Virus record (IMG/VR): IMGVR_UViG_3300020193_000017
Location: 881-64,880 of that record
DNA from: a virus
Taxonomy: Duplodnaviria > Caudoviricetes
Length of the DNA stretch: 64,000 bases
Reading direction: 5' to 3' (one strand)
Every line of letters begins with the position of its first letter. Positions within the stretch are counted from its first letter, which is position 1. The notes beneath the pieces were generated by a model. The model did not search any database and was not told the DNA's origin. It worked only from the letters and a program-made list of their open reading frames with translations. Shown in pieces: positions 10,250 to 20,382 of the stretch. A program made the translations under genes and the position numbers.

Positions 10250-10806
10250 ATATAAAAGAAAACTTTAAAGACTACGGAAAAGTCGATATTCAACCTTGGT
10301 TAGATAAGGTGTCTCAAATTCCAATCGATGAATGGGATAGATTTACTTGGAGGCAAGATGCTAATCCAATGCATGGAGCATCAAAAACATTGGCGATTAT
10401 ATATGACGATGACTTCAGACACTTTAATGGAACAAAACATGAATTGTATGATAGATTAGATTTTGAAAAACTAATTGACCCGTTGTTAAATAGATTAGAA
10501 GAAGAATATAATTGGGGATACATTGTTAGAGCGATTTTAGTTAGATTACCCGCAGGTAAATCTATTAAATCACACAAAGATGTTGGTGCGTCATATAATC
10601 TTTCACATCGTATCCATATTCCATTGATTTGTGAATGGGATAAAGTTGAATATGTTGTTGAAAATGAACATAGATACTTTGAAATTGGTCAAATGTTTGA
10701 ATTAAACAACATGAGACAACATGAAGTAAACAACCATGGTTCAATAGACAGAATAAACCTATTATTTGATTTTGCGGAGTTATCAGGAAAAGGTTGGTGG
10801 TACTAG
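10246..10806 (+). CDS. Aspartyl/asparaginyl beta-hydroxylase-like 2OG-Fe(II) oxygenase
   Basis: LPAGKSIKSHKD (HxD), RIHIPL, and HEVNNHGSIDRINLLFD. The ATG at 10246 overlaps the upstream TGA. Confidence 0.85.
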   Translation: MNIKENFKDYGKVDIQPWLDKVSQIPIDEWDRFTWRQDANPMHGASKTLAIIYDDDFRHFNGTKHELYDRLDFEKLIDPLLNRLEEEYNWGYIVRAILVRLPAGKSIKSHKDVGASYNLSHRIHIPLICEWDKVEYVVENEHRYFEIGQMFELNNMRQHEVNNHGSIDRINLLFDFAELSGKGWWY

Positions 10807-10857
10807 CTTGACTTTTTAAAATAAATTCACTATACTTATAAAAAACAATTAAATAAA

Positions 10858-11322
10858 ATGGCAAAATTAACATTAAAATTGGGACAAGTCTTACAACTAG
10901 AAAGTGAGATTAACGGATTTGTAAATCCACAAACAGGTAAAGAAGTACTTCAAGGCTTCAGAAAACATAAACTACCATTGAAAACCAAATATTGGTTGAG
11001 TGAGTTGGGTGATAGATTGTCTGCAGAACGTAAAGCAGTTGAAACCCTTCGTGATGAAATCATTCAAAAGCATGGTGAAGATGATGGTAAGGGCGGAATT
11101 CAAATTGGTGTCTTTATCGAACAAAAAGATGAAAGTGATAAAGTAATTTCTCGTGAACTAAACCCAAAATACGTAGAATTTCAAAATGAATTCAATTCCT
11201 TGTTAGGTGAAGAAAAAGAAGTCGAGTATACTCCATTAACCATGGAAGATTTGGATAAAGTTGGTGAAACTACCGATGATTATAATTTATTATTCATGTT
11301 GGTACAGAAACCAACTGAGTAA
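10858..11322 (+). CDS. Hypothetical helical protein
   Basis: 154-aa ORF with its own upstream AT-rich promoter region, followed by a terminator. Confidence 0.55.
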   Translation: MAKLTLKLGQVLQLESEINGFVNPQTGKEVLQGFRKHKLPLKTKYWLSELGDRLSAERKAVETLRDEIIQKHGEDDGKGGIQIGVFIEQKDESDKVISRELNPKYVEFQNEFNSLLGEEKEVEYTPLTMEDLDKVGETTDDYNLLFMLVQKPTE

Positions 11323-11336
11323 TTCGAGTAAGTATA

Positions 11337-11362
11337 AGAAGGGGTGTTTAAACCCCCCTTCT
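11337..11362. terminator. Bidirectional hairpin terminator between convergent genes
   Basis: AAGGGG-TGTTTAAA-CCCCCCTT inverted repeat. Confidence 0.6.
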
Positions 11363-12451
11363 TATTACTATATTTAATGAGCCAAGTTGGTATTCTCCCG
11401 GTTCATAGTATGGTATGGATAGTCGCAATTTCTGAAGCATATATATGTCTTCATCCGTCATGGGACTTAATTCATATACCATTACATCCACAACGTCTGT
11501 AAGTACAAATTTAGACCTTAAATCATATCGGGTATTCTGTTGTTCATTCTCTAAGTAATCCTCAGGAATCGTCCCTAAATCAATCTTATCGAAGAATGGT
11601 TCAACCTCAAACAATCTAGTCCTACTTCTGGTTGTTAATCCCATAGTGAATGTTTTATAACTAAATGAATCATCTTCCCAATATCTAAGTTCATTAAAGG
11701 CGGGTATTGGGATTCCCCACTTGCGAACAAAGTTTCTATTTGAGTTTATTTCATATTTGACTCTGTCTTTTTTAAACTCTTCACTAAACCTTGATGTCTG
11801 CGAAACAAAATGGTAAGTAATTGCACAAGTGGTTGTTTTTAATTTATATCCTTTTAGTTTCGCACGAATTAAAAAATCATCATCTTCTGCAAATGCGGGA
11901 ACAAAACTAAATCCATCAAAGAACCCAACATCTTCAAATAATTTCTTGTATCCTGACATAAAGAATACTGCGCCATCATATAGTTTACAATCGTCTTTGT
12001 TATCGTTTACATATTGATTGAACTTATCCCATTTGAAATCGTGAAAACCCACACCCATATCCATTATAACTTTACCGGGTCGACTATGTCCCCTGAATAT
12101 TGGCGGCTCAAGTGTTGTGTAAGATAACAGAGTGTCAGGTGTTAATAACCCATCTAAGTTCTCTAAGAAGTTCTCACCAATTACCATGTCATTATGAATG
12201 AGAACAAGTTTTTCCGTATCTACCAGTTTAATTCCTGAGTTGTAATTCTCAGAAAAAACTAATCTATCATCATCATGAATATATGATAGGTTATCATCTT
12301 CTAAAGACTCTAACCATTCTTTTGTACCATCATTTGAACCACCACTACTAATTACTAAAGGTGCATCGGGATAGATATCACGAATTCTTTTATAACAATT
12401 TTTGGTTAATTCTAATTTGTTAAAAACTGCAAGTACAAAACTAATATTCAT
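11348..12451 (-). CDS. Glycosyltransferase family 2
   Basis: ISFVLAVFN, GGSNDGT, LIHNDM, GFFD and AEDDDF motifs. Confidence 0.85.
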   Translation of the reverse strand: MNISFVLAVFNKLELTKNCYKRIRDIYPDAPLVISSGGSNDGTKEWLESLEDDNLSYIHDDDRLVFSENYNSGIKLVDTEKLVLIHNDMVIGENFLENLDGLLTPDTLLSYTTLEPPIFRGHSRPGKVIMDMGVGFHDFKWDKFNQYVNDNKDDCKLYDGAVFFMSGYKKLFEDVGFFDGFSFVPAFAEDDDFLIRAKLKGYKLKTTTCAITYHFVSQTSRFSEEFKKDRVKYEINSNRNFVRKWGIPIPAFNELRYWEDDSFSYKTFTMGLTTRSRTRLFEVEPFFDKIDLGTIPEDYLENEQQNTRYDLRSKFVLTDVVDVMVYELSPMTDEDIYMLQKLRLSIPYYEPGEYQLGSLNIVIRRGV

Positions 12452-12453
12452 TA

Positions 12454-13086
12454 TTAATCCTTTTTCCAAATACCAATCCCACAGGTATTAGATTCAATAA
12501 ATTCTTGGCAAGAGTTATTTCTAATTTCATTCCATATTTTAACAACGCCAGGACATTCGGAACTATTAATATCGTGGAATATAATATATCCATTATCGTT
12601 TAACAATGGAAGTGCATTATTTAAGTCACCCTTTAAACCATCATATGAATGGTCACCATCTATAAAAATTGCATCAAACCTTTTATCCCGATTATTTTTT
12701 AACCACTCTACACTATTGGAATCATAAAATTCAACTTTAGTTTTAACATTTGATTGTAACCAATCTATTTTTTGTAGTATTGAACTTCTTTGGTCTCCCG
12801 CCCAATATGAAGAATTATCAACCGCAATAGATAATTCTAAATTCGGTTGAATGAATGTCTCGATTAAAAATGAACCTCCTTTACCAATCCCAATATTCAA
12901 ATATGTCTTAAAGTTTGCATTTTTTAAAAACCACAAGTATTCGACATATTCTTCGGGAACTTGTTGTATTTCTAAATTACCCATTTTCAAATTATTACCA
13001 AACCAAGAATTGTGGTTTACTCCGGCATCATTTCTCAACCAATTTAATAGTTCTGATTTGTCTAAAAGATTAATATCTTTAATCAT
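12454..13086 (-). CDS. Class I SAM-dependent methyltransferase (Methyltransf_24-like)
   Basis: LNIGIGKGGS motif I; FIDGDHSY; GYIIFHD. Confidence 0.85.
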   Translation of the reverse strand: MIKDINLLDKSELLNWLRNDAGVNHNSWFGNNLKMGNLEIQQVPEEYVEYLWFLKNANFKTYLNIGIGKGGSFLIETFIQPNLELSIAVDNSSYWAGDQRSSILQKIDWLQSNVKTKVEFYDSNSVEWLKNNRDKRFDAIFIDGDHSYDGLKGDLNNALPLLNDNGYIIFHDINSSECPGVVKIWNEIRNNSCQEFIESNTCGIGIWKKD

Positions 13087-13733
13087 TACTTTTTTATTTT
13101 ATTATAAAAATTATTTTGTTTTTCCTGCCTTTCAATTGTTTTATTATGTAGTAAACAATACTCATCTTCAATTGGCATTAAAGAATATGTTTTTGCTCCC
13201 ACTATTTTTTCGTGGACTTTACCACCCCACCTCAAACCTTTTTTATATAACCTACCCTGCCAATCAGGAAAGTTAATTCTACCCTTTTCATCTATTTGCC
13301 AACCCCACTGGCGAATGTGTTCGTCTGTAATTCCTGAAACATTATTAATTCTTGGGAATACAAACAAGTCAACTTCAGAATTATTTTCAATAATCTCAGG
13401 TAGTCCTTGTATTAATTCCTTAGAAATCAATTCATCGGCATCTAATTGAAATATGTAATCACCAGTACAATAATCGTTTAATTTATTTTTCCAAATTGCA
13501 AAGTCATTTACAAAAACTAAACCTCTCCATGTTTGAATGTTTGGTAATTTATTAAATGGTAACAAATATTCCAATACCTCATTATCACCATTTTTATCAT
13601 CAAATAAGATTATTATCTCGTCTGTTGCTCTTTTATGCTCTTTTAATAATGGTAATAGTTGTTTTATTTCATTTAACTCATTACATACTGTTATCGCATA
13701 ACTAATTTTCATTGTTGTCTCCTCCTTACCCAT
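13086..13733 (-). CDS. Glycosyltransferase family 2
   Basis: ISYAITVCNE, YIFQLDADE (DxD), VHEKI. Confidence 0.85.
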   Translation of the reverse strand: MGKEETTMKISYAITVCNELNEIKQLLPLLKEHKRATDEIIILFDDKNGDNEVLEYLLPFNKLPNIQTWRGLVFVNDFAIWKNKLNDYCTGDYIFQLDADELISKELIQGLPEIIENNSEVDLFVFPRINNVSGITDEHIRQWGWQIDEKGRINFPDWQGRLYKKGLRWGGKVHEKIVGAKTYSLMPIEDEYCLLHNKTIERQEKQNNFYNKIKK

Positions 13734-14980
13734 TATAACTTACTTAACTTAGGTAAATTTATCTTAACCTCTTTTGGTTTAGTTGTATATTGTAACATAA
13801 TTAATTCGAACTCCTCTTTCATTTTTTCCATTGAGAATTTTTCTTTGTTTTCCTCCATAAGAATTTGAGACTTTGTTTGGAAATCATCATATTCGTTTTT
13901 TACCACCTTCATTACCTCAACAACTTCTGAATAATTTGCGGTAAACCATTTAGAATCTTTGACGATAAAACTATCAACCACACTTGAATGAACTTCGGTA
14001 AGTGAACCGCCTAACATTATTGCTTTGTCCATTGGTAAAAAGTCCCTGTGACCTGACCAATTTGACGCAATAATTGGTTTACCGGTCATTGAAAACTCAA
14101 GTAATGGTCTACCAAAACCTTCACCCTTAGTTAGTGTAATCATTATCTTAACTCTTGGGTGATTATATAATTCATTCATCTCTTTGTCTGTAAGTTGACC
14201 AAATAAAAGATAAATTGATGGTGGGTTGTCAATACCCTTTGTTAAATCCCTGATTCGATTTATAAATGATTCTCTTTCTTTTACACAAAAACTTGCCGCC
14301 GATGTTTTTAAAATAAGAGCGGGTTTAACCACTTGGTCTTTAAATGCTTCGACAAAACATTTAATCAACATACCAACATCTTTTCTGTCCTGACCAAGAT
14401 TACCTTTTAACCAATGACCAACAAACAAGTAACAAAAATCTTCTTTGATATCAATATCAAGACTTTTGAATTTGTTATTATAAATTTCAGTATCAACACC
14501 TTCAAACAAGACCCTTATTGGTTTTTCAATCCTATGTTGTTTAATTAATTTGCCGGTTACATTATTTGTTTCATTATATACTGTTTGTAATAAAACATCT
14601 CGACTGAATGTTGATGTGGTAATAATTAAATCCATTCTATTACATCCATCAACCCACTCCTTAGGCGCCACAGTTGTTTCAATACCAGCAGTTACACCAA
14701 TATTAAACTTACCAACTCGTTGAAACTCATTTGGTACTGTTACCTGAACATAAATGTCTGGAGTACCTGATATTGTGTGTATCTTATTTGATTTAATCCA
14801 ATTATGAAACTTATTACCTTTATTTAAAGCGGTTCTCGGATTACTACCCCAATGACAAGAGTCGATTCTTATATCGAACATATCCATATCATTAAGTGCC
14901 GTTAATAAATCCCTTGAATGTGCACCATACCCACTAATAGTTTCTACTGGACCTCTAAACAATAAAAATGGTCTACTCAT
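13733..14980 (-). CDS. Glycosyltransferase family 4 (GT-B)
   Basis: SGYGAHSR, RKDVG, GEGFGRPLLE, PIIASNWSG. Confidence 0.85.
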   Translation of the reverse strand: MSRPFLLFRGPVETISGYGAHSRDLLTALNDMDMFDIRIDSCHWGSNPRTALNKGNKFHNWIKSNKIHTISGTPDIYVQVTVPNEFQRVGKFNIGVTAGIETTVAPKEWVDGCNRMDLIITTSTFSRDVLLQTVYNETNNVTGKLIKQHRIEKPIRVLFEGVDTEIYNNKFKSLDIDIKEDFCYLFVGHWLKGNLGQDRKDVGMLIKCFVEAFKDQVVKPALILKTSAASFCVKERESFINRIRDLTKGIDNPPSIYLLFGQLTDKEMNELYNHPRVKIMITLTKGEGFGRPLLEFSMTGKPIIASNWSGHRDFLPMDKAIMLGGSLTEVHSSVVDSFIVKDSKWFTANYSEVVEVMKVVKNEYDDFQTKSQILMEENKEKFSMEKMKEEFELIMLQYTTKPKEVKINLPKLSKL

Positions 14981-16335
14981 ACAACTTTGTATAAATTAAA
15001 TCTTTTACGTGGCTTATAATTTTTTAATGTGGTTTCAATACCATCAATGATACCATCACACATTACTTTACTTGAAAGATTTTTAATTACCCATTCACGA
15101 CCAACAAGACCTCTGCGTTTTCTTTCCTCCTTACCCCAACTGTAAACTTGACCAATTGCGTTTGCCACAACATAGTTATTCACTCTATCTTCATAGATAT
15201 AAGGCGTGGGTACAGAACCATTTAAATTATTCACATCTGACCATACAGGTACGACCCACTCACCATGTTTAGTTGAACCGTGTACTTTTTTATTATGTAA
15301 TGAGCCAAAAGAGATATAATCATCCGCGGAATAATTAAAACCGCATTGGTCTTGTAGTCCACCAGTTACATTAACTATGATTGGAGTGCCAGCCATTATA
15401 CTTTCAGCGGTCCCCAAACCAAAACCCTCATTGTTTGAAATGTTAATTGTACAATCAGCTATGTTATATATCTCATTGAGTTTGTTTTGTTCTAATTTCA
15501 TATTAACAAACTTAATATCATAATCAGGACAAATAGTTTTACCAACACACACCAAATCAGTTCCATTCTCATCAACTGGATTTGTGTGCATTAATAACAA
15601 ACATTTTTCGGATTCTTCTTTTGTTAATGAATCACAAAATAATTTGTAAGAAAGGATAACATCACCCGGTTGTTTTCTTTTTATATTCCTATTATTAAAA
15701 AATAAAATGAAATCATATTTCTTATCTTGATAAATTAGTTTAGGCAAATCTTCGGATAGTTCCGATACCGGTTTAAATACATCAGGATTAATTCCGTGAG
15801 GAACATAACTAACTTGCCAATCCTTTAATGGTTGAAATGATTTTTCACTATCTATTGAACCGAGTCTTTTAACTAAACCATATGTTTGTTTAGAAATGCA
15901 ACCTATCCAATCACAACTTTCATATATGTCTCTATTAAAGTTAGGGTCAGGAAGGTTATCCCAAACATGATAGTATAAGATTGGAACTTGTTGTCTGATT
16001 TCGTGTTCTGAATCGTATAACCATTGCCAATAATGAGGGTCCGTAAAATGTAAAATAGCATTTGGTTTTTCAACCTCCATTAACATTCGTAATGTGAAAA
16101 TATTACCATAACCATTGTTGGGGATTACTTTTAGATTAGCGTCTTTAATTCCCGTTTTCTTTCTAACATCTTCATTAATGTCAACTATCTTTCCAGCTTC
16201 TGGATGGTTGATTGCTCCCCCCAACTGAACCCAATCATATTTGTGAATAGTTCCCATAACAATTTCTTTTGACATGACGGCCACCCCCGATGTCATTCTT
16301 AAATCATCAGAGAGAAGTAAAATCTTTTTCTTCAT
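14977..16335 (-). CDS. Glycosyltransferase family 4 (GT-B)
   Basis: VPHGI, NRNIKRK, NEGFGLGTAE, GTPIIVNVTGGL. Confidence 0.85.
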   Translation of the reverse strand: MKKKILLLSDDLRMTSGVAVMSKEIVMGTIHKYDWVQLGGAINHPEAGKIVDINEDVRKKTGIKDANLKVIPNNGYGNIFTLRMLMEVEKPNAILHFTDPHYWQWLYDSEHEIRQQVPILYYHVWDNLPDPNFNRDIYESCDWIGCISKQTYGLVKRLGSIDSEKSFQPLKDWQVSYVPHGINPDVFKPVSELSEDLPKLIYQDKKYDFILFFNNRNIKRKQPGDVILSYKLFCDSLTKEESEKCLLLMHTNPVDENGTDLVCVGKTICPDYDIKFVNMKLEQNKLNEIYNIADCTINISNNEGFGLGTAESIMAGTPIIVNVTGGLQDQCGFNYSADDYISFGSLHNKKVHGSTKHGEWVVPVWSDVNNLNGSVPTPYIYEDRVNNYVVANAIGQVYSWGKEERKRRGLVGREWVIKNLSSKVMCDGIIDGIETTLKNYKPRKRFNLYKVV

Positions 16336-16338
16336 AGA

Positions 16339-16542
16339 TTAATACTTGGAGTTTTGAACCCCACCAGTTTCGTGAAAATCAATCTTATTTTTGAAATCAC
16401 CATTTCTTAGGTATAAATCAATTGCACGATTAACGAATTTCTGAAGAGTTAAATCTGAACCTAAGGTGATTTTTTTGAATTCAAAATAGTTCTTGTTGAT
16501 GATTTTAACACTTGTTAGTTTAGTGATATTTTCCTTACCCAT
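16339..16542 (-). CDS. Small hypothetical protein, possible ribbon-helix-helix DNA binder
   Basis: KLTSVKI strand followed by two helices (TLQKFVNRAIDLYL). Confidence 0.45.
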   Translation of the reverse strand: MGKENITKLTSVKIINKNYFEFKKITLGSDLTLQKFVNRAIDLYLRNGDFKNKIDFHETGGVQNSKY

Positions 16543-16643
16543 ATTATTAGTTTAATTTTTATATAAAATTTATATATGTATATAATATATATATATACCG
16601 AAGAGAAAAAAATCACGACATCTTGTCGCGAATTATGGTATTA

Positions 16644-16820
16644 TTAATCCTCCGATTTCTCTAAAGTGTTGTTAATCTCTTCGATTTTTTTTACTAGCTG
16701 CTCCAATTGTTGTTGGTCGTTCAAATTAATTTGTTGGGTGGTTTGTTGGTTCTCAACTACTACCACGTTGTTTTTTGAGGCAATTTGTGTGTCGTTTCTT
16801 TTTTTACATCCGCAACCCAT
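16644..16820 (-). CDS. Small MGCGCKK-motif protein (58 aa; not in ORF track)
   Basis: Manual translation gives MGCGCKKRNDTQIASKNN...KIEEINNTLEKSED*. Confidence 0.65.
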   Translation of the reverse strand: MGCGCKKRNDTQIASKNNVVVVENQQTTQQINLNDQQQLEQLVKKIEEINNTLEKSED

Positions 16821-16961
16821 GTTTAAATCCTTTTACTTATAATTATGTAACTTATTGAAAGTTGTCTTTTAATTATACTGAATTCCACATATATTTTGAA
16901 GTCTTGTTTGGTTTTTTAAAAAATTTTGTTTATCATTTAATAAACTTTACAAAAACCGATA

Positions 16962-17651
16962 ATGGATAAAGATTTTAAAATGGTTAAGAGTGTTTACGGG
17001 TCTAACCACGAGGCGATTAGTAATATCATGCATCTATATAGTATCAAACAATTTGATTTAGACTGTACATATTCAAATGGAACCTTTTGGAAAGACTTAC
17101 CAAACCCGACCCACAAAACTGACATTTACCCTCACTACGACTATGTAATTGGAGCAAACTCAGAGGACTTACCATTTGAGGATAAATCGATGAAAAGTAT
17201 CATGTACGACCCGCCATTCGTCATTGTTGGTGCCGGCGTTGGTTATAAAAATAATAGGGAGGGTAGTTCGATAATTGCAAAACGTTTTGAGGGTTATGGT
17301 ACATATGAAGATTTAAAATCAAACTATTACAACACACTTAAAGAATTATATAGAATATGTGATAATGGTGGGTTTGTTGTGATGAAATGTCAGGATACAG
17401 TATCGGGAGGTAAACAACACTTTAGTCATGTGATAGTTATGAACATGGCATATTCAATTGGTTTTTATCCAAAAGATATTTTTATTCTCACCTCTAATAT
17501 TAGAGTAAATGCGTTTAACGGAACCAAGTGGTCAAAGCAACACCACGCAAGAAAATACCATTCATACTTTTGGGTATTTCAAAAAATAAAACCAAAGGTT
17601 ACTTATGATTTTCTTAAATGTGGTTCTGTGGAGTACCAAGATAAAGGTTAA
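16962..17651 (+). CDS. Putative amino-(adenine) DNA methyltransferase
   Basis: LDCTYSNGTFW motif I-like segment; catalytic YDPPF; ELYRI...GGFVVMK. Confidence 0.7.
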   Translation: MDKDFKMVKSVYGSNHEAISNIMHLYSIKQFDLDCTYSNGTFWKDLPNPTHKTDIYPHYDYVIGANSEDLPFEDKSMKSIMYDPPFVIVGAGVGYKNNREGSSIIAKRFEGYGTYEDLKSNYYNTLKELYRICDNGGFVVMKCQDTVSGGKQHFSHVIVMNMAYSIGFYPKDIFILTSNIRVNAFNGTKWSKQHHARKYHSYFWVFQKIKPKVTYDFLKCGSVEYQDKG

Positions 17652-17973
17652 CCCTATCACCAACTTTCCATCCGTCACAAGTATTGGCTGGAAATTCAAC
17701 TACATGGTCACCAATACCGGTATATCTTTTAGGATTTAATTCATGTTGTCCCGCTGGTTGACAATTTTGGTGAATTCTTGATATTCTGTTCTTATTAATA
17801 AAAACAATATCCAACGCAATTAAACAATTTTTCATCCAAAACGAGTGGTGTCCCGTTCCCATTTTGAATACCAAACACCCATTTAAAGAATCCCTACCCA
17901 TCATCCCCGTTTGTTTTTGTTCGGGACTTGATAGATACTCAGCAGGAAATTGTTTACCATTTATTAAAACCAT
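17614..17973 (-). CDS. DUF192 family protein
   Basis: GMMGR, FWMKNCLIALDIVFI and VVEFPA motifs. Confidence 0.85.
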   Translation of the reverse strand: MVLINGKQFPAEYLSSPEQKQTGMMGRDSLNGCLVFKMGTGHHSFWMKNCLIALDIVFINKNRISRIHQNCQPAGQHELNPKRYTGIGDHVVEFPANTCDGWKVGDRVNLYLGTPQNHI

Positions 17974-18051
17974 ATCTATAATTATTTGGAATTTTGAGAT
18001 ATTTTTCATATTTTTGAATCAAATATTATTAAAATAATTAAAATTTAATAT

Positions 18052-18282
18052 ATGCCACATTTATTTGGGGAATCATTTGAATACGACGATAAAAAAGATT
18101 TGATAGATTGGTTGGAAGGTATTGGAATTAGTCAAGCAATCATAATTGTTGATATTGCATTATCACACGCAAATAAAGAAGGCGCATTTGATATGGATGA
18201 ATCCTATTGCATATTCAAATGTATTAATAAATTAAAAGAATTAAAGACCCGTGGAGAGAAAACGCAAGAAGATATGGAGTAA
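18052..18282 (+). CDS. Hypothetical protein
   Basis: ORF track; operon-like spacing. Confidence 0.5.
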   Translation: MPHLFGESFEYDDKKDLIDWLEGIGISQAIIIVDIALSHANKEGAFDMDESYCIFKCINKLKELKTRGEKTQEDME

Positions 18283-18451
18283 AGATTTTTTTGTTTATAA
18301 CAAAAGACACCATTGGTTTATAATACCGGCCATTGTTTTCTTTTATAACAAAGAAACGTTTTTGGAGACAGGTGTTTACACACCATCATGGGGATTAACT
18401 ATTAGATGGTTTACAATAATGATAGGATTTCAAATTCAAGAAACATTTTAA
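18251..18451 (+). CDS. Hypothetical protein
   Basis: ORF track; start uncertain. Confidence 0.4.
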   Translation: MERKRKKIWSKDFFVYNKRHHWFIIPAIVFFYNKETFLETGVYTPSWGLTIRWFTIMIGFQIQETF

Positions 18452-18511
18452 TGTGAACAACTTTGAATATCTAATAAGAAGAGTATATATATATATAAAT
18501 AAAACTGACTA

Positions 18512-18694
18512 ATGACAAACGAAGAGATTATACAAGAAATGCTTCATGAAGCAGAAAAACTGAGACTAAAAGAAGAGGTAATCAATACAGCTGAGCGTAT
18601 TTTACAACTAAACCCACGGATGGAAAGATTCGAAGCCGTAAAATTCGCTTTGGATAATGCCAAACTACACGCAGGTCTCAATAAATCCATATGA
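18512..18694 (+). CDS. Hypothetical protein
   Basis: 60-aa ORF coupled to thyA by an ATGA overlap. Confidence 0.5.
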   Translation: MTNEEIIQEMLHEAEKLRLKEEVINTAERILQLNPRMERFEAVKFALDNAKLHAGLNKSI

Positions 18695-19857
18695 ACAATT
18701 TAGACAGACAATACAAATCGCTCCTTCAAGATATACTTGATAATGGGGTGGAAAAAAATACACGCAATGGTAAAGTTTTAAGTGTGTTTGGTAGGTCTAT
18801 TAGGTATAAATTTAAAGATGGTAAATTTCCATTGTTGACTACCAAGAAAATGCATTTTAAGTCAATAACAACAGAACTTTTGTGGTTCTTACGAGGAGAC
18901 ACATCAATCAAGTATCTTTTAGATAACGATTGTAATATTTGGACGGGGGACGCCTATAAGAACTACTGTAAAAAAGTTATTCGTGAAAAGGAAATTGTTC
19001 GTTATCTAAAATCATACTCAACGGACACTGACGGAGTTCCAACTATTGAACTTTATTCTAAAGATGAGTTTATCGAAAGAGTCAAAACTGATGATGAGTT
19101 CGCAAAGAAGTGGGCATCCCTTGGAAAAATTTACGGATTCCAGTGGCGAAGTTGGGGTAAAGACTCCAAACAAGTCCAAAACGAAGATGGTAATAAAGTT
19201 TATCATATAACAACAACAGGTATTGACCAAATATCTGAATTGATTAGGTTGTTAAAAGAAACTCCTGATTCACGCCGACTACTTGTATCAGCGTGGAACG
19301 CATCAGATTTACCACATCAAGTTCTTCCTCCTTGTCATTATGGGTTTCAAGTTTATACAAGAGAGTTGAGTTTAGAAGAAAGATTAATAATAGCGGATAA
19401 ATTTAATCCCTTAATAAGAGAAGATTGTTTAACTAAAACACACCACCCTGACGAAACAGAAGAATTGAAATTACAATATAGACACGAGTGGTTAGATTCT
19501 TTAGGACCTAATGTTGTTCCTCAAAGAAGAGCAATCTCTCTAATGTGGTCACAGAGGTCGTGCGATTTACCACTTGGAATCCCAACAAACATAATGTCTT
19601 ATGCGTTACTACTTATGATGATTGCTAAACAAGTTAATATGGTTCCCGATGAATTGATTGGTAATTTAGGGGATTGTCATATCTACCTTAATCAAATTGA
19701 TGGAGTCAAAGAACAACTAACTAGAGAACCATATGAACTGCCAACAGTAAAATTATCTGATAGAATTGTAAATGATTTATCGGAATATACTTTAAATGAC
19801 ATTGTTTTGGAAAATTATCGGTGTCACCCCAAAATATATTTTCCACTTTCTAATTAA
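18691..19857 (+). CDS. thyA: Thymidylate synthase with insertions
   Basis: FPLLTTKK, ELLWFLRG, IYGFQWR, DSRRLLVSAWN, catalytic PPCH, QRSCD..LGIPTN (Asn retained, so dUMP-type) and HIYLNQ. Confidence 0.95.
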   Translation: MNNLDRQYKSLLQDILDNGVEKNTRNGKVLSVFGRSIRYKFKDGKFPLLTTKKMHFKSITTELLWFLRGDTSIKYLLDNDCNIWTGDAYKNYCKKVIREKEIVRYLKSYSTDTDGVPTIELYSKDEFIERVKTDDEFAKKWASLGKIYGFQWRSWGKDSKQVQNEDGNKVYHITTTGIDQISELIRLLKETPDSRRLLVSAWNASDLPHQVLPPCHYGFQVYTRELSLEERLIIADKFNPLIREDCLTKTHHPDETEELKLQYRHEWLDSLGPNVVPQRRAISLMWSQRSCDLPLGIPTNIMSYALLLMMIAKQVNMVPDELIGNLGDCHIYLNQIDGVKEQLTREPYELPTVKLSDRIVNDLSEYTLNDIVLENYRCHPKIYFPLSN

Positions 19858-19884
19858 TTTTTTAGGACTATCCTATTTATTAAG

Positions 19885-20094
19885 ATGTGGTTATTATTAT
19901 ATTTTAGAAGATTGTTTGTTAAAAAACCTAATAGAAAATTAAATTGGTCGGTTGATGACTTTGAATGGGGTATGAAATGGGCTAAAAGTCAACCTCATCC
20001 TTTTAATAAATGGAAAACACTTTGGGATTACTTGTATTCTCCGAGATGTGAAAGTGTTGAGATTTTGAATGAAATAAATAAAAGAATTATATGA
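19885..20094 (+). CDS. Hypothetical protein
   Basis: ORF with TATTTAT just upstream. Confidence 0.45.
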   Translation: MWLLLYFRRLFVKKPNRKLNWSVDDFEWGMKWAKSQPHPFNKWKTLWDYLYSPRCESVEILNEINKRII

Positions 20095-20339
20095 GCGATT
20101 TAAAATTAATTTACGAGGATTTTGTACCACTAGCATCTGCTAGTGTTTACGACATGGTGGATAAATTATTGAATTTTGAAAACACCGATGATTATACTGA
20201 CGTGGTTGAAAAATTTGGTGAGGCACACGCAAATGCAATTGTTGAAACAATTAAAAGACACTCAAGAGAAGAACACTATCAGCATATGATAAAAGTAAAA
20301 TACGAAGAGTATTTGATTGGGCATTTTAATTTAGAATGA
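20091..20339 (+). CDS. Hypothetical protein
   Basis: ATGA-coupled ORF. Confidence 0.5.
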   Translation: MSDLKLIYEDFVPLASASVYDMVDKLLNFENTDDYTDVVEKFGEAHANAIVETIKRHSREEHYQHMIKVKYEEYLIGHFNLE

Positions 20340-20382
20340 TAATTATTATAACTCTTGACGTATTGTACAGATGTTACAATAG

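Noticed and set aside
18659-18670. GCCAAACTAC partial match to the 12-mer
   Set aside because: It lies in coding sequence and matches only 9 nt; likely chance.
18691-19857. ThyA as a dCMP hydroxymethylase or intron/intein-containing gene
   Set aside because: The specificity Asn is retained, and the insertions are short, in frame and lack intein motifs.
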